From the NCBI GenBank assembly GCA_943371215.1, contig CALRUA020000003.1, positions 160,456 through 224,455 of the forward strand: 64,000 nt of DNA, given 5' to 3'. The position numbers and the translations under genes were made by a program. This document shows, piece after piece, positions 36,503-47,766 of the stretch. How positions within the stretch are numbered: position 1 is the stretch's first letter; each line of letters opens with the position of its first letter. A model generated the notes under the pieces. That model did no database searches. It was not told the origin of the DNA and saw only the letters and a list, made by a program, of their open reading frames with translations. Origin of the DNA: Cyanobium sp. NIES-981 (GTDB taxonomy: Bacteria > Cyanobacteriota > Cyanobacteriia > PCC-6307 > Cyanobiaceae).

Positions 36503-37585
36503 ATGCTTGAGCGGCTGGTTCTCCCCCTTTGGCTGAGGCTCAGCCTTGCCCTGCCGCTACTGGTGCTCAACCTGTGGGTGCTGCGCCAGTTGTTGGTGCC
36601 CCTGGCGCCATTCCCGGCCCTGTTCCTGGGGGCTGCGCTGATCGCGTTTCTGCTCGATCTGCCGACCCGTTGGCTCCATGCCCGGGGCCTCCCCCGGCCG
36701 CTGGCGGTGCTGGCAGTGGTGGGACTGGGCCTGGGGTTGCTGGTGCTTGCGGCCATCTGGCTGGTGCCCCGGTTGATCGAGCAGTTGGGGGAATTGATCA
36801 ATGCCCTGCCCGCCTGGCTGGTGGAAGGGGAGCATTGGCTGGATCAGCTGGAGGGCTGGGCTGCAGAGCGGTGGTTGCCCACGGAGTTCACCAACCTCAG
36901 CAGCACCCTGCTGGCCAGGGCTAGCCAGTTGGCGAGTCAGCTGAGCCAGGGCCTGCTGGGTTTGCTGGGGGCCACCTTGAGCCTCACCGTGAACACGGTG
37001 ATCGTGGCGGTGCTGGCGGTGTTTCTGCTGCTGGGCGGTGAAACCATCGTGGCGGGCCTCTCCCGCTGGCTGCCCCAGGGAGCCCGGGAGCTGGTGCTTA
37101 CGACCCTTGGCCGCACCTTCCGGGGCTACTTCGCTGGCCAGGTGGTGCTTGCGCTGATCCTCAGTGCGGCGCAGATGGTGGTGTTCACCTTGCTCGGGAT
37201 TCCCTATGGCGTGCTGTTCGCCGTGGTGATTGGCCTCACCACCCTGATTCCCTATGCCAGTGCCCTCACCATCGTTCTGGTGAGCACCCTGCTGGCCCTG
37301 GATGACCCACGCACTGGCGCGGAGGTGCTGGCGGCGGCCATCACGGTGGGGCAGGTGGTGGATCAAGTGATCCAGCCCCGGCTCATGGGCAGCATCGTGG
37401 GCTTGCAGCCCGCCTGGTTGTTGGTGTGTCTGCCCATCGGGGCGCGGGTGGGCAGCCTGATGGGCCTGGGCGATCTGCTGGGCCTACTCCTGGCTGTGCC
37501 GGTAACCAGTTGCCTCAAGACGTTCCTCGATGCCTGGGCCGACAGCAGGGGGTTGCCGGAGGTGCTCAGCCTGCCTGAGGGATGA
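36503..37585 (+). CDS. AI-2E family transporter (PerM/UPF0118)
   Basis: About 8 TM helices and the 'LIPYASALTIVLV' region typical of the family. Start at ATG 36503. Confidence 0.8.
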   Translation: MLERLVLPLWLRLSLALPLLVLNLWVLRQLLVPLAPFPALFLGAALIAFLLDLPTRWLHARGLPRPLAVLAVVGLGLGLLVLAAIWLVPRLIEQLGELINALPAWLVEGEHWLDQLEGWAAERWLPTEFTNLSSTLLARASQLASQLSQGLLGLLGATLSLTVNTVIVAVLAVFLLLGGETIVAGLSRWLPQGARELVLTTLGRTFRGYFAGQVVLALILSAAQMVVFTLLGIPYGVLFAVVIGLTTLIPYASALTIVLVSTLLALDDPRTGAEVLAAAITVGQVVDQVIQPRLMGSIVGLQPAWLLVCLPIGARVGSLMGLGDLLGLLLAVPVTSCLKTFLDAWADSRGLPEVLSLPEG

Positions 37586-38207
37586 CGGCATTGGCCTGCA
37601 GATAGGTGATCACCTGCTCCACCGACTCCTCCAGGCTCTGGCTGCCGGTGTCCACCCGCAGCTCGGGATTCTCGGGGGCCTCGTAGGGGCTGGAGATGCC
37701 GGTGAACTCCTTGATTTCGCCGGCCCGGGCCTTGGCGTAGAGGCCCTTGGTGTCGCGTTGCTCGCACACGTCCAGGTTGGCGGCGCAGTGAATTTCGATG
37801 AAGTCACCGGCGTCCACCAGGGCACGGGCCTTGTCGCGGTCGGCCTTGAACGGCGATACGAAGGCGGTGAGTACCACCACACCGGCATCGAGGAACAGCT
37901 TGCTCACTTCGCCGATCCGGCGGATGTTCTCCTCGCGGGCGGCATCGGAGAAGCCCAGGTCCTTGCAGAGGCCGTGGCGGATGTTGTCGCCATCCAGCAC
38001 GTAGCAGGAGAGCCCACGCTCAAACAGGGCGGAGTTCACGGCGTTGGCCAGGGTGCTCTTGCCGGAGCCGCTGAGGCCGGTGAACCAAAGAATGGCGCTG
38101 CGGTGGCCCCGTTGCTCGGCCCTGGCGGCCCGGTCCACCGAGGTGTGGTGCCAAGCGATGTTGGTGGAGGCTCCCTGGGTGGTGAGTTCGCCGTAGGGGA
38201 CCGTCAT
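37566..38207 (-). CDS. cysC: Adenylyl-sulfate kinase
   Basis: 'ILWFTGLSGSGKSTLA', 'LDGDNIRHGL' and 'EENIRRIGEVSKLF'. Confidence 0.93.
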   Translation of the reverse strand: MTVPYGELTTQGASTNIAWHHTSVDRAARAEQRGHRSAILWFTGLSGSGKSTLANAVNSALFERGLSCYVLDGDNIRHGLCKDLGFSDAAREENIRRIGEVSKLFLDAGVVVLTAFVSPFKADRDKARALVDAGDFIEIHCAANLDVCEQRDTKGLYAKARAGEIKEFTGISSPYEAPENPELRVDTGSQSLEESVEQVITYLQANAVIPQAG

Positions 38208-38264
38208 CGCGCTCTGCTGCAGGCTGATGGGCCAAGTATCCCCCGCTGTTCGCGCCGGCCGGCC

Positions 38265-38675
38265 TCAGGCGCGGCCGGAGAACAGCAGTCGCCAGGCCTC
38301 GAGCACCATCACGCCCATCCAGGCGATGATGCAGAGCCCCACGGCCGCTGCAGCGATGTCCTTGGTGGCGCCGATCTGCGGGGCTCGATCGGGCTGCACG
38401 TAGTCACAGAGCTCTTCAATGGCGGTGTTCAGCAGCTCGGCTGCCAGCACCAGGGCCGTGGCCACCAGCAGCAGCCCGAAGTCCACCCAGGAGCGCTGGA
38501 CAAAGGCCACCGCCAACAACACCACGGACACCAGGAGCTTGTAGGCCACCGCGGCGTCACGCATCGCCAGACGCAGGCCATGCAGGGCCACGCGGCATTT
38601 GCGCAGGGGGGCGTAGGGCCTGGGATGAGTTGCGGGCACGCATCCATTTTGTGGGTGTGCACCAAACCGCGCCAC
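38265..38675 (-). CDS. Diacylglycerol kinase family protein (DgkA-type), paralog 2
   Basis: '[13 protein letters not shown]' and '[11 protein letters not shown]' mirror the E-LNTA-E and KD-AAAAV blocks of the copy at 17601-18074. Three TM helices. GTG start, 8 nt after the SUI1 stop. Confidence 0.7.
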   Translation of the reverse strand: MARFGAHPQNGCVPATHPRPYAPLRKCRVALHGLRLAMRDAAVAYKLLVSVVLLAVAFVQRSWVDFGLLLVATALVLAAELLNTAIEELCDYVQPDRAPQIGATKDIAAAAVGLCIIAWMGVMVLEAWRLLFSGRA

Positions 38676-38683
38676 TGGGCGCC

Positions 38684-39016
38684 TCAGCCCCCCGCCTGTT
38701 TGGGCCGGTAGCCGGCTTTCTCCAGGGCGGCAAGGGCCGGGGCTACCTGGTCGCCCTGCAGCTCAATCACCCCGTCCTTCGCGGTGCCCCCGGTGCCGGC
38801 GGCGGCCTTGAGCTGTTTCAGCAAGGCCTTGAGCTCGGCTTCCGGCGCCTCCAGTCCGGTGATGGCCGTTACCAGTTTTCCGCCCTTGCCCGCCTTGGTG
38901 CGTTGCACCCGCACCCGCTGCTGGGCCTTGGGGGTGGGCCCGCCCGCCTGGCCGCCGGCCACGCCCCGCTCCAGGCTTTCCGGCCTGCTGAATTCCTGCC
39001 AGCCGCCCTTGGCCAT
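38684..39016 (-). CDS. Translation initiation factor SUI1/YciH family
   Basis: '[21 protein letters not shown]' and '[14 protein letters not shown]'. Confidence 0.9.
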   Translation of the reverse strand: MAKGGWQEFSRPESLERGVAGGQAGGPTPKAQQRVRVQRTKAGKGGKLVTAITGLEAPEAELKALLKQLKAAAGTGGTAKDGVIELQGDQVAPALAALEKAGYRPKQAGG

Positions 39017-39055
39017 GGCTGCTTCTTACGCTGCAGTGATCTTGCTCCGCCGCCG

Positions 39056-40315
39056 GTGACCAGCACTGTTCCCCTGATCAGTAGCGATCCTGCGGCCCTG
39101 GAGCTGGCGGCGCGCCCCAACAGCCTGGGCCGCTACGGCCAGTTCGGCGGCCAGTACGTGCCCGAAACCCTGATTCCCGCCCTGGCAGAGCTGGAGCAGG
39201 CTGCTGCCGAGGCCTGGAAGGATCCCGCCTTCACCGATCGTCTCAACCATCTCCTGCGCACTTATGTGGGGCGCCCCAACCCCCTCTATGAGGCCGAGCG
39301 CCTTACCGAGCACTACCGCCGTGCCGAGGGCGGTCCGCGCATCTGGCTGAAGCGCGAAGACCTCAACCACACCGGCGCCCACAAGATCAACAACGCCCTG
39401 GGGCAGGCGCTGCTGGCCCTGCGCATGGGTAAGAAGCGGATCATTGCCGAAACCGGCGCTGGCCAGCACGGGGTGGCCACCGCCACCGTGTGCGCCCGCT
39501 TCGGCCTGGAGTGCGTGGTGTACATGGGCGCCGAAGACATGCGCCGCCAGGCCCTGAACGTGTTTCGCATGCGCCTCCTGGGGGCCAGGGTGCAACCCGT
39601 GACGGCGGGCACCGCCACCCTCAAGGACGCCACCAGCGAGGCCATCCGCGACTGGGTGACCAACGTGGAGACCACCCACTACATCCTTGGCTCGGTGGCG
39701 GGCCCCCACCCCTTCCCGATGCTGGTGCGCGATTTCCACGCCGTGATCGGTGAAGAAACCAAGCGCCAGTGCCACGAGGCCTTTGGCCGAAACCCGGATG
39801 TGCTGGTGGCCTGTGTGGGCGGCGGCTCCAATGCCATGGGCCTGTTCCATCCCTTCGTGCAGGACACGGCCGTGCGCCTGGTGGGGGTGGAGGCCGCCGG
39901 TGATGGCGTCGCCACCGGCCGCCATGCTGCCACCATCACCGAGGGCCGCGTTGGGGTGTTGCACGGTGCCATGAGCCTGCTGCTGCAGGACGATGAAGGC
40001 CAGGTGCAGGAGGCCCATTCGATCAGCGCCGGCCTTGATTACCCCGGCGTGGGCCCCGAGCACAGCTACCTGAAAACGATCGGCCGGGCTGAATACGGCG
40101 CTGTGACTGACGCCGAGGCCCTGGACGCCCTGCAGCTGCTCTGCCGCCTGGAGGGCATCATTCCTGCCCTGGAAACGGCCCACGCCTTCGCCTGGCTGGA
40201 GAAGCTCTGCCCGACCCTGGCCCCCGGCACCGAGGTGGTGCTCAACCTGTCGGGCCGCGGCGACAAGGACGTGAACACCGTGGCCGAGAAGCTCGGCGAC
40301 GCCATGGGCGGTTAG
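39056..40315 (+). CDS. trpB: Tryptophan synthase beta chain
   Basis: '[15 protein letters not shown]', '[16 protein letters not shown]' (PLP-Lys), '[10 protein letters not shown]' and '[10 protein letters not shown]'. GTG start at 39056. Confidence 0.95.
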   Translation: MTSTVPLISSDPAALELAARPNSLGRYGQFGGQYVPETLIPALAELEQAAAEAWKDPAFTDRLNHLLRTYVGRPNPLYEAERLTEHYRRAEGGPRIWLKREDLNHTGAHKINNALGQALLALRMGKKRIIAETGAGQHGVATATVCARFGLECVVYMGAEDMRRQALNVFRMRLLGARVQPVTAGTATLKDATSEAIRDWVTNVETTHYILGSVAGPHPFPMLVRDFHAVIGEETKRQCHEAFGRNPDVLVACVGGGSNAMGLFHPFVQDTAVRLVGVEAAGDGVATGRHAATITEGRVGVLHGAMSLLLQDDEGQVQEAHSISAGLDYPGVGPEHSYLKTIGRAEYGAVTDAEALDALQLLCRLEGIIPALETAHAFAWLEKLCPTLAPGTEVVLNLSGRGDKDVNTVAEKLGDAMGG

Positions 40316-41304
40316 CCCAGTAGCCGCTCCAAGCTGCTGGCCACCGACTGCACGGCCGAGCGGGCGGTGGCGTAGGCCATGCGCATGGGGCCCACCAGGG
40401 CCACCTGGCCCACCCCTCCGGTTCCCGTGCAGTAGCGGGCCTGCACCACGGCGCACTGTTGCAGGGCTGGATGCGGGTGTTCTGAGCCGATCCACACGCC
40501 GCCCAGGTGCAGGGCTCCCTCGGCCTGCAGCACCTGCTGGGGCTGTTCCTCCACCAGTTGCAGTAGGGGCCTGAGGCTCGCGGTGCGGCTGAATTCTGGC
40601 TGGCTCAGCAACCCACCCAGGCCCAGGGCCACCGCGCTTTCCTGGTCTGCAGGCCTGGCCTCCCGGTGGCTGCGCAGAGCCTGGCGCAACAGTTCACCGC
40701 TCAGCCGCAGCTGCGGTGGTAGGCAGGCCCAGTTGAGCGAGCCGGTTTCCAGCTGACCGGTGGCCCAGCGCTCCAGTGCCGGTAACTCGGCGGTTGCCGT
40801 GGCGGGCAGGCGCAGATTGAGGCTGCTGGCCGCCGCGGCGTTCTCCACCAGAAACACCAGAAGCCGGTCGCCGCTGGGCACCAGCCTCAGAGCCTGCAGG
40901 CTGGGCTGCAAGCGCTGGGGCCGGGTGATCAGGCTGAGGAGGCCCGTGAGGTCGGCCAGGCGACGGGCCAGGTGCAGGAGCAGGTCGTCCAGGGCGGCCC
41001 ACTGCAGGCTCAGACCCGTGAGTTCCCGCTCCAGTTGCCCCGCTGCGGCTCCCGGTGCCGGTAGCAGGCAGTCCACGTAATGGCGGTAGCCCTGCTGGCT
41101 GGGCACTCGACCCGCGGATGTGTGGGGTTGGGTGAGTAGGCCCTTCTGCTCCAGGGCCCCCATGGCCGATCGCACCGTGGCCGGACTGGCCTCCAGGCCG
41201 AAGCGGCGCACCAGGGTTTGGCTGCCTACCGGTTCGGTGGTGTCCACGTAGTGGCGCACGGTGGCCCGAAGCACCTCCTGTTGGCGGCGGGGCAGCACTT
41301 GCAC
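40312..41304 (-). CDS. hrcA: Heat-inducible transcription repressor HrcA
   Basis: '[26 protein letters not shown]' and '[30 protein letters not shown]'. Its stop overlaps the trpB stop (TTAG). Confidence 0.9.
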   Translation of the reverse strand: MQVLPRRQQEVLRATVRHYVDTTEPVGSQTLVRRFGLEASPATVRSAMGALEQKGLLTQPHTSAGRVPSQQGYRHYVDCLLPAPGAAAGQLERELTGLSLQWAALDDLLLHLARRLADLTGLLSLITRPQRLQPSLQALRLVPSGDRLLVFLVENAAAASSLNLRLPATATAELPALERWATGQLETGSLNWACLPPQLRLSGELLRQALRSHREARPADQESAVALGLGGLLSQPEFSRTASLRPLLQLVEEQPQQVLQAEGALHLGGVWIGSEHPHPALQQCAVVQARYCTGTGGVGQVALVGPMRMAYATARSAVQSVASSLERLLG

Positions 41305-41352
41305 AGCCAGAGGTGCCTAAGCGGACGTGTAGCCGAGATCGTAGGCGTGCAG

Positions 41353-41697
41353 TCAGTAGCGCGGCACGCTCGGATCGGCCTCGACACTCCAGGCATCGAT
41401 GCCGCCCTGCAGGTTCCACACCCGTTCAAACCCCTGGGCTTCCATCAGCCAGGAACCGAACTGCCAGCTGCGGATGCCGGCATGGCAGAGCACCACCACC
41501 TCGCGATCGCGGTCCAGCAGAGCAGGTAGCTGCTCCAGCCACTGGTCCGACTGACTCAGAGGCAGGTGAATCACCGGGTGGTTCAGGGCCGCCAGCTCCA
41601 GTTCCATGGGCTCGCGGACGTCGACCAGCTGCAAGGGCTCACCGGCCTCGAGGCGGGTCTTGAGCTCGCTGGCGCGCAGGCTGATGGGGCTAGGCAT
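41353..41697 (-). CDS. Single-domain rhodanese sulfurtransferase
   Basis: 'LVDVREPMEL', active-site loop 'CHAGIRS', and 'LQGGIDAWS'. Confidence 0.85.
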   Translation of the reverse strand: MPSPISLRASELKTRLEAGEPLQLVDVREPMELELAALNHPVIHLPLSQSDQWLEQLPALLDRDREVVVLCHAGIRSWQFGSWLMEAQGFERVWNLQGGIDAWSVEADPSVPRY

Positions 41698-41778
41698 GGC
41701 GGCACCCTACCCAGCGCGATGGGGGGTGCCAAACACGGCCGTGATGCATAAAGATGAGGCCATTCCTGCGTGCGGCGC

Positions 41779-43389
41779 ATGAAGGCCCGCCCCTTTCTGG
41801 CGGCATTACTGGCGGCGGCCCTGGCGTTGCTGGCTCTAGGTGGCGTCGCCTGGTGGCTCCTGCTGCAGCGCAGTCCCCTGAGCCTGCAGCAGCAGCGGCT
41901 TGTGCTGCCTGTGGCCGCACGCTTCGTGCCCCGCACGGCTCCCCTGAGCCTCCACTGGTTGGTGGGGCCGGACCAGCCCGCCGCCTATGCCAGGGCCGTG
42001 GCCCCGCCGCGCCAACGCCGCCAGGCTGCAGCGGCGGCCGATCGCCTGCGGGACGGGGCTTTTGCCGCTGCTGGCCTGGATTACGCCACCGAACTGGCGC
42101 CCTGGCTGGGGGGGCAAAGCAGCCTGGCCCTGCTCACGCCCCCGGGCGAGGAAGGCGAGCCTGGCTGGGTGCTCGCCCTGCGCAGTCGCGATAACGAGGG
42201 GGCACGGCGCTTTCTGCAGCGCTTCTGGCAAACCCGCAGCCTCGCCGGCACCGATCTCCAGATCACCAGCTATCGCGGCATGGGCCTGATCAGCGGCCGC
42301 GGCGCGCTGATCGGTCAGGACCCCAGACCTCTGGCCACGGCGCTGATCAACGACGACCTAGTGCTGATCGCCTCGGGTCGTGGAGCCCTGGAGCAGGCCC
42401 TGGATGTGTCCCAGATCGATGAGCTCAACCAGGCGGCCAGCCCCCAGCTCCAACAGGCCATTGCCCAGCTGGGCAATGGCATCGCACTGCTCACGGCCCG
42501 GCCCCAGGCCATGGAGCAGTGGCTAGGCCTGCCGGCCGGTGCCGCCAGTGCCGATTCGCCCCTCACGGAGCTGGTGGCATCGCTGCTGCCCTCCGGCCGA
42601 GGGCTGAGGCTCGAGGCCGTGCTCCAGCTCAATTCCCCCTTGCCCCAGAACGCCCTCAGCGGCGGTGAGGTGCTGCTGCGCCAGCTGCATACCCCGGCCA
42701 CCAGCCTGGCCCTGATCCAGAACCCCGCCCAGCTGTTGGCGCCGTCTGGGGGCAGTGCAGAGGCTCGGAACCCCTGGCAGGCCATTGCTGGCCCGCTGCT
42801 GGCCCAGGCCCTTGGCCGGGAGCAGGGGCCCTTGCCCACCCTGGTGGCGGCTGCCGACTCGGGGCCGCTGCTCTGGGCTCAGCAGCGGGAGGGCTGGTTG
42901 CTGGGAACCCGCGGCGATACGCCCGATCCGCTCGAGCTCCAGAGCGCTCTGGAAGCTCAGGGGTTCTCAACCTCCCCGTTGCAGAGCAAGGGCCACACCC
43001 TGCTCGCCTGGACCCAGTTGCAGTCCAAGCCGGTGAAGGGCAACCCCGATCAGTTGCAGGCCCGCCTGGCGGGTGCCCGGGCGCCCGATGCCGGCCTGGC
43101 CTGGTGGGGCCAGGGCCTGGCCGTGCTCGACCAACAACAGGAGGGGCGCCAGGACCCCCAGGCCCGTCAGCGGCAGCTGGAGCAGTTGGATACGCCGCAG
43201 GCCCCTGTGCAGTGGGCCATGGACGCCGCCATGGCCCGTGGCCTGCTGGAGCACTGGCAGCCCTGGCGCCTGCTCACCACCCTCTCCAGTTCGCCGCTCA
43301 GCTCCACAGTGGAGGGAGCGGCCCTGAGCCTGCAGGCCGAGGCTGAGTCCGCCGCTCTGCGGCTGCGCGGCCAGCTGGACTTGGGCTGA
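41779..43389 (+). CDS. Conserved cyanobacterial membrane-anchored protein (DUF3352-like)
   Basis: N-terminal TM segment 'FLAALLAAALALLALGGVAWWLL', followed by a roughly 500-aa soluble region. The family name is from memory. Confidence 0.55.
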   Translation: MKARPFLAALLAAALALLALGGVAWWLLLQRSPLSLQQQRLVLPVAARFVPRTAPLSLHWLVGPDQPAAYARAVAPPRQRRQAAAAADRLRDGAFAAAGLDYATELAPWLGGQSSLALLTPPGEEGEPGWVLALRSRDNEGARRFLQRFWQTRSLAGTDLQITSYRGMGLISGRGALIGQDPRPLATALINDDLVLIASGRGALEQALDVSQIDELNQAASPQLQQAIAQLGNGIALLTARPQAMEQWLGLPAGAASADSPLTELVASLLPSGRGLRLEAVLQLNSPLPQNALSGGEVLLRQLHTPATSLALIQNPAQLLAPSGGSAEARNPWQAIAGPLLAQALGREQGPLPTLVAAADSGPLLWAQQREGWLLGTRGDTPDPLELQSALEAQGFSTSPLQSKGHTLLAWTQLQSKPVKGNPDQLQARLAGARAPDAGLAWWGQGLAVLDQQQEGRQDPQARQRQLEQLDTPQAPVQWAMDAAMARGLLEHWQPWRLLTTLSSSPLSSTVEGAALSLQAEAESAALRLRGQLDLG

Positions 43390-43925
43390 TGGCAGGTCGT
43401 AAGCGGGAAGTGTTGCTGCTGCGCCACGGCATTGCCGAGGAGCGGGGCGAGGGGCTGGACGATGCCCAGCGGGCCCTGACGCCCCAAGGGCGTGAGCGTG
43501 CCGCCCGGGTGATCCAACGCCTGGTGGAATGCGATCTCCTCTGTGATGTGGTGCTGAGCAGCCCCCTGGTGCGGGCCAGGCAGACGGCCGAGCTGGTGCG
43601 CGAGTTCGGGCTGGCCCCGGATCTCGAGCTGGCCTCGGCCCTGGCCCCCCTGGCCGACCCCCTGCCACTGTTGGAGCGCTGGCTCGGGCCTGTGTCGCCG
43701 CGTCCCGATTGGCAGCGCCTGGCGCTGGTGGGCCATGAGCCCGATCTGAGCACCCTGGCGGCCCTGCTGATCGGCGTTCCCATGGCGGCAGCGCCCCATG
43801 CCCTGCGCCTCAAGAAGGCCGGTGCGGCTCTGTTGCAGTGGCCCGCCAAGCCGGAGGGCCCGCTGCTCGGCACGGCGCGCCTGAGCCTGCTGCTCAGCCC
43901 CAAGAGCCTGCTGGCGGGCTCCTAA
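43389..43925 (+). CDS. sixA: Phosphohistidine phosphatase SixA (histidine phosphatase superfamily)
   Basis: 'VLLLRHGIAE' (RHG catalytic motif), 'LTPQGRERA', 'SSPLVRARQTAE' and 'LVGHEPDL'. Confidence 0.8.
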   Translation: MAGRKREVLLLRHGIAEERGEGLDDAQRALTPQGRERAARVIQRLVECDLLCDVVLSSPLVRARQTAELVREFGLAPDLELASALAPLADPLPLLERWLGPVSPRPDWQRLALVGHEPDLSTLAALLIGVPMAAAPHALRLKKAGAALLQWPAKPEGPLLGTARLSLLLSPKSLLAGS

Positions 43926-44009
43926 CGCCGCCACGCCCCTCTGCTGCCAGCGCTACGGAGTTGCAGCCGCGAGGGCCTTAGGTTTCGGGGAGCAGTTGTT
44001 GGGCGGGAG

Positions 44010-45179
44010 ATGGTGCTCGAGGCGGGACAGGCAACAGCCCCATTGGCCGCACCGGCGTTTCGCCCGGGCCTCGAGGGTGTGCCTGCAACCCAGTCGGCGG
44101 TGTGCGACATCGATGGCCACAACGGGCTGCTCACCTATCGCGGCTATCGGGTGGATGAGCTGGCCGCCCAGAGCACCTTTCTGGAAACGGCCTACCTGCT
44201 CATCTGGGGCGAGTTGCCCACGGCGGATCAGCTCCAGGAGTTCGAGCACGAGGTGCAGATGCACCGGCGGGTGAGTTTCCGCATCCGCGACATGATGAAG
44301 AGCTTCCCCTCCGGGGGGCACCCGATGGATGCGCTGCAGGCCAGTGCGGCCTCCCTCGGCCTCTTCTATTCCAGGCGCGCCCTCGACAATCCGGAATACA
44401 TCTATTCCGCGGTGGTGCGGCTGATCGCCAAGATCCCCACAATGGTGGCGGCCTTCCAGTTGATCCGCAAAGGCCAGGATCCGATTCAGCCCCGCGACGA
44501 TCTGGCCTATGCCGCCAACTTTCTCTACATGCTCACCGAGCGGGAGCCAGACCCGCTGGCCGCGCGCATCTTTGATGCCTGCCTGATCCTCCACGCCGAG
44601 CACAGCCTCAACGCCAGCACCTTCAGTGCCCGCGTTACCGCCAGTACCCTCACCGATCCCTATGCGGTGGTGGCCTCTGCGGTGGGCACCCTGGCGGGCC
44701 CCCTGCATGGCGGCGCCAACGAAGACGTGTTGGCCATGCTCGAGACCATCGGCACGGTGGATCAGGTGGAGCCCTGGCTGGATCGGGCGATTGCCGAGAA
44801 GCAGAAGATCATGGGTTTCGGCCACCGCGAATACAAGGTGAAGGATCCCCGGGCGGTGATTCTGCAGAAGCTGGCTGAAGAGTTGTTTGATCAGTTCGGC
44901 CACGATCCCCTCTACGACCTGGCCCGGAAGCTCGAAGACGTGGCCGCCGAGCGGCTCGGCCCCAAGGGCATCTACCCCAACGTGGATTTCTATTCCGGTT
45001 TGGTGTACCGCAAGCTCGGCATCCCGGAAGATCTGTTCACGCCGATCTTCGCCATTGCCCGCACCACGGGCTGGCTCGCCCACTGGAAGGAGCAGCTCGG
45101 GGCGAACCGCATCTATCGCCCCACGCAGATCTACACCGGCAGCGCAGGGCGCCAGTGGCAGCCCCTCGAGGCCCGCTGA
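44010..45179 (+). CDS. gltA: Citrate synthase
   Basis: 'FRPGLEGVPATQSAVCDIDG', 'LILHAEHSLNAST', 'GPLHGGANE' and 'GFGHREYKVKDPR'. Confidence 0.93.
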   Translation: MVLEAGQATAPLAAPAFRPGLEGVPATQSAVCDIDGHNGLLTYRGYRVDELAAQSTFLETAYLLIWGELPTADQLQEFEHEVQMHRRVSFRIRDMMKSFPSGGHPMDALQASAASLGLFYSRRALDNPEYIYSAVVRLIAKIPTMVAAFQLIRKGQDPIQPRDDLAYAANFLYMLTEREPDPLAARIFDACLILHAEHSLNASTFSARVTASTLTDPYAVVASAVGTLAGPLHGGANEDVLAMLETIGTVDQVEPWLDRAIAEKQKIMGFGHREYKVKDPRAVILQKLAEELFDQFGHDPLYDLARKLEDVAAERLGPKGIYPNVDFYSGLVYRKLGIPEDLFTPIFAIARTTGWLAHWKEQLGANRIYRPTQIYTGSAGRQWQPLEAR

Positions 45180-45241
45180 TCCGCCACCGCAACCCGACTC
45201 TGGCTGCGGCCGCCTAAGTTGCCCCCATCAAGCCCTGAAGC

Positions 45242-46432
45242 ATGGTGACCGTCACCGCCGGACTCCAAGCCAGCCTTCTGGCCACCACAACGGCCGCCAC
45301 CACGGCGGGCGTTGTGGCCCCGGGCCTCGACCTCGAGGCCAGCTTCACCGATCTGCTCCAGGGTCTGGGGCTCAGCCCCGGGGCCGCCCATCTGCTTTGG
45401 CTGCCCTTGCCGATGCTGCTGGTGCTGGTGGCGGCCGTGGTGGGCGTGCTGGTGAACGTCTGGCTGGAGCGCAAGATCTCCGCCGCCGTGCAGCAGCGCA
45501 TCGGCCCCGAATACGCCGGAGCCCTAGGCATCCTCCAGCCCATGGCTGATGGCCTCAAGCTGCTCTGGAAGGAGGACGTGATCCCCGCCCGGGCCGATGG
45601 CCTGTTGTTCACCCTCGGCCCCGTGCTGGTGCTGGTGCCGGTGATCCTCAGCTGGCTGGTGGTGCCCTTCGGCCAGCACCTGTTGATCAGCAATGTGGGC
45701 GTGGGGATTTTCCTCTGGATCTCCCTCAGCAGCATCCAGCCCATTGGGCTGCTGATGGCGGGCTACGCCTCCAACAACAAGTACTCCCTGCTGGGCGGTC
45801 TGCGGGCGGCGGCCCAGTCGATCAGCTACGAGATCCCCCTAGCCCTGGCCGTGCTGGCCGTGGTGATGATGAGCAACTCGCTCAGCACCGTTGACATCGT
45901 CAACCAGCAGACGGGCGCGGGGATCCTCAGCTGGAACATCTGGCGCCAGCCGGTGGGGTTCGTGATCTTCTGGATTTGCGCCCTGGCCGAATGTGAGCGC
46001 CTCCCCTTCGACCTGCCAGAGGCTGAAGAGGAACTGGTGGCCGGCTACCAGACCGAGTACTCGGGCATGAAATTCGCCCTCTTCTACCTGGGCAGCTACA
46101 TCAACCTGGTGCTCTCTGCCCTGCTGGTGGCTGTCCTCTATCTGGGTGGCTGGGGTTTCCCCCTGCCGGTGGAATGGATCGTCGGCCTCACCGGCCAGCC
46201 GATCGATGCTCCGCTGGTGCAGGTGATCACCGCCACCACGGGCATCGTGATGACGGTGCTCAAGGCCTATCTCCTGGTGTTCTTCGCGATCCTGCTGCGC
46301 TGGACCGTGCCCCGGGTGCGGATCGACCAGCTGCTCGATCTGGGCTGGAAATTCCTGCTCCCCATCGCGTTGGTGAACCTGCTGGTCACGGCAGGTCTCA
46401 AGCTCGCCTTCCCCGCCTTCTTCGGCGGCTGA
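45242..46432 (+). CDS. ndhA: NAD(P)H-quinone oxidoreductase subunit 1
   Basis: '[20 protein letters not shown]' and '[24 protein letters not shown]'. The start may lie further downstream. Confidence 0.93.
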   Translation: MVTVTAGLQASLLATTTAATTAGVVAPGLDLEASFTDLLQGLGLSPGAAHLLWLPLPMLLVLVAAVVGVLVNVWLERKISAAVQQRIGPEYAGALGILQPMADGLKLLWKEDVIPARADGLLFTLGPVLVLVPVILSWLVVPFGQHLLISNVGVGIFLWISLSSIQPIGLLMAGYASNNKYSLLGGLRAAAQSISYEIPLALAVLAVVMMSNSLSTVDIVNQQTGAGILSWNIWRQPVGFVIFWICALAECERLPFDLPEAEEELVAGYQTEYSGMKFALFYLGSYINLVLSALLVAVLYLGGWGFPLPVEWIVGLTGQPIDAPLVQVITATTGIVMTVLKAYLLVFFAILLRWTVPRVRIDQLLDLGWKFLLPIALVNLLVTAGLKLAFPAFFGG

Positions 46433-46495
46433 TCCCTCAACTGCCAAGTCGTCGGGCCATCATGGTGCCGGCGATCCAGCCCCTCGCTCCCCTCC

Positions 46496-47122
46496 ATGTT
46501 CGGGTTCCTCAAGAAAGTCGGTGACTACACCCGCGATGCGGTGGGTGCGGCCAATTACCTGACCCAGGGCCTGTCGGTGACGTTCGATCACCTGCGTCGC
46601 AGGCCGATCACCGTTCAGTACCCCTACGAGAAGCTGATCCCCTCTGAGCGCTATCGGGGGCGGATCCACTACGAGTTCGACAAGTGCATCGCCTGCGAGG
46701 TGTGCGTGCGCGTCTGCCCCATCAACCTGCCAGTGGTGGATTGGGTGATGAACAAAGCCACCAAGAAGAAAGAGCTGCGTAACTACTCGATTGATTTCGG
46801 GGTATGCATCTTCTGTGGCAACTGCGTGGAGTACTGCCCCACCAACTGCCTCTCCATGACCGAGGAATATGAGCTGGCGGCCTTTGACCGCCACAGCCTC
46901 AACTACGACAACATCGCGCTTGGTCGCCTGCCCACCAGCGTCACCACGGATCCGGCCGTCGTGGCCCTTAAGGAGCTGGCCTATCTGCCCAAGGGCGTGA
47001 TGGACCCCCATGGCGTGGATCCCAGTCGTCCCCGGGCAGGCCAACTGCCCGAGCAGGTGCTGGCAAGCCTGCCCAAGTCCGCTGCCGCAACGGCTGCCGC
47101 TCCCAGCGAGGAGACCCCCTGA
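46496..47122 (+). CDS. ndhI: NAD(P)H-quinone oxidoreductase subunit I (2x[4Fe-4S])
   Basis: '[12 protein letters not shown]' and '[12 protein letters not shown]'. Confidence 0.95.
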   Translation: MFGFLKKVGDYTRDAVGAANYLTQGLSVTFDHLRRRPITVQYPYEKLIPSERYRGRIHYEFDKCIACEVCVRVCPINLPVVDWVMNKATKKKELRNYSIDFGVCIFCGNCVEYCPTNCLSMTEEYELAAFDRHSLNYDNIALGRLPTSVTTDPAVVALKELAYLPKGVMDPHGVDPSRPRAGQLPEQVLASLPKSAAATAAAPSEETP

Positions 47123-47766
47123 TGACCATCGCCTCCTCCACGCAATTCATCTGCTTCATCGCCCTGTCGGCGGCTGTGGCCATCGGCGCCTTGGGCGTGG
47201 TGCTGCTCCCGAACATCGTGTACTCCGCCTTCCTGCTGGGCGGGGTGTTTCTCTCGGTGGCCGGTCTCTACCTGCTGCTGAATGCCAGTTTTGTGGCTGC
47301 CGCCCAGGTGCTGGTTTACGTGGGCGCCGTGAACGTGCTGATCCTGTTCGCGATCATGCTCGTGAACAAGAAGGAAACTCTGGCGGCGATCCCAGGGCTT
47401 GCCCTGCGCAGGGTGCTGTCCGGCGCGGTCTGTGCTGGCCTGTTTGCTCTGTTACTGCGGGTGGCCTTCACCACCCCCTGGGCCACCCCCGGCCCTGAGC
47501 CCATCGGCGATGAAGCCACCATTCGCATCGGTGAGCACCTGTTCAGCGACTATCTGCTGCCCTTTGAGTTGGCCTCGGTGCTGCTGCTGATGGCGATGAT
47601 CGGTGCCATCGTGCTCGCCCGCCGCGATGTGTTCACCACAGACATTTCCACCGGTGAGCCTGCCGATCAGGGCCTGATCGAAAAGAGTCGAACTCCCTTG
47701 CTGCTTGACAACAGCAGCCCGGCGAATGCCGGTCTTGAGGCGCCCCTGCTGGAAACCAACCCATGA
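47122..47766 (+). CDS. ndhG: NAD(P)H-quinone oxidoreductase subunit 6
   Basis: '[44 protein letters not shown]'. TGATG overlap with ndhI. Confidence 0.93.
   Translation: MTIASSTQFICFIALSAAVAIGALGVVLLPNIVYSAFLLGGVFLSVAGLYLLLNASFVAAAQVLVYVGAVNVLILFAIMLVNKKETLAAIPGLALRRVLSGAVCAGLFALLLRVAFTTPWATPGPEPIGDEATIRIGEHLFSDYLLPFELASVLLLMAMIGAIVLARRDVFTTDISTGEPADQGLIEKSRTPLLLDNSSPANAGLEAPLLETNP

Noticed and set aside
39026-40495. 489-aa minus-strand ORF
   Set aside because: It is antisense to trpB, whose PLP-Lys and GGGSN motifs are unambiguous. Shadow ORF.
4119-41510. HIP1 octamer GCGATCGC as an enriched cyanobacterial repeat. I found perfect copies at 4119, 8242, 11322, 12075 and 41503.
   Set aside because: There are only five copies in 64 kb. 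My rough base-composition expectation is about 2-3, so there is no convincing enrichment. This is consistent with HIP1 not being a feature of this lineage.
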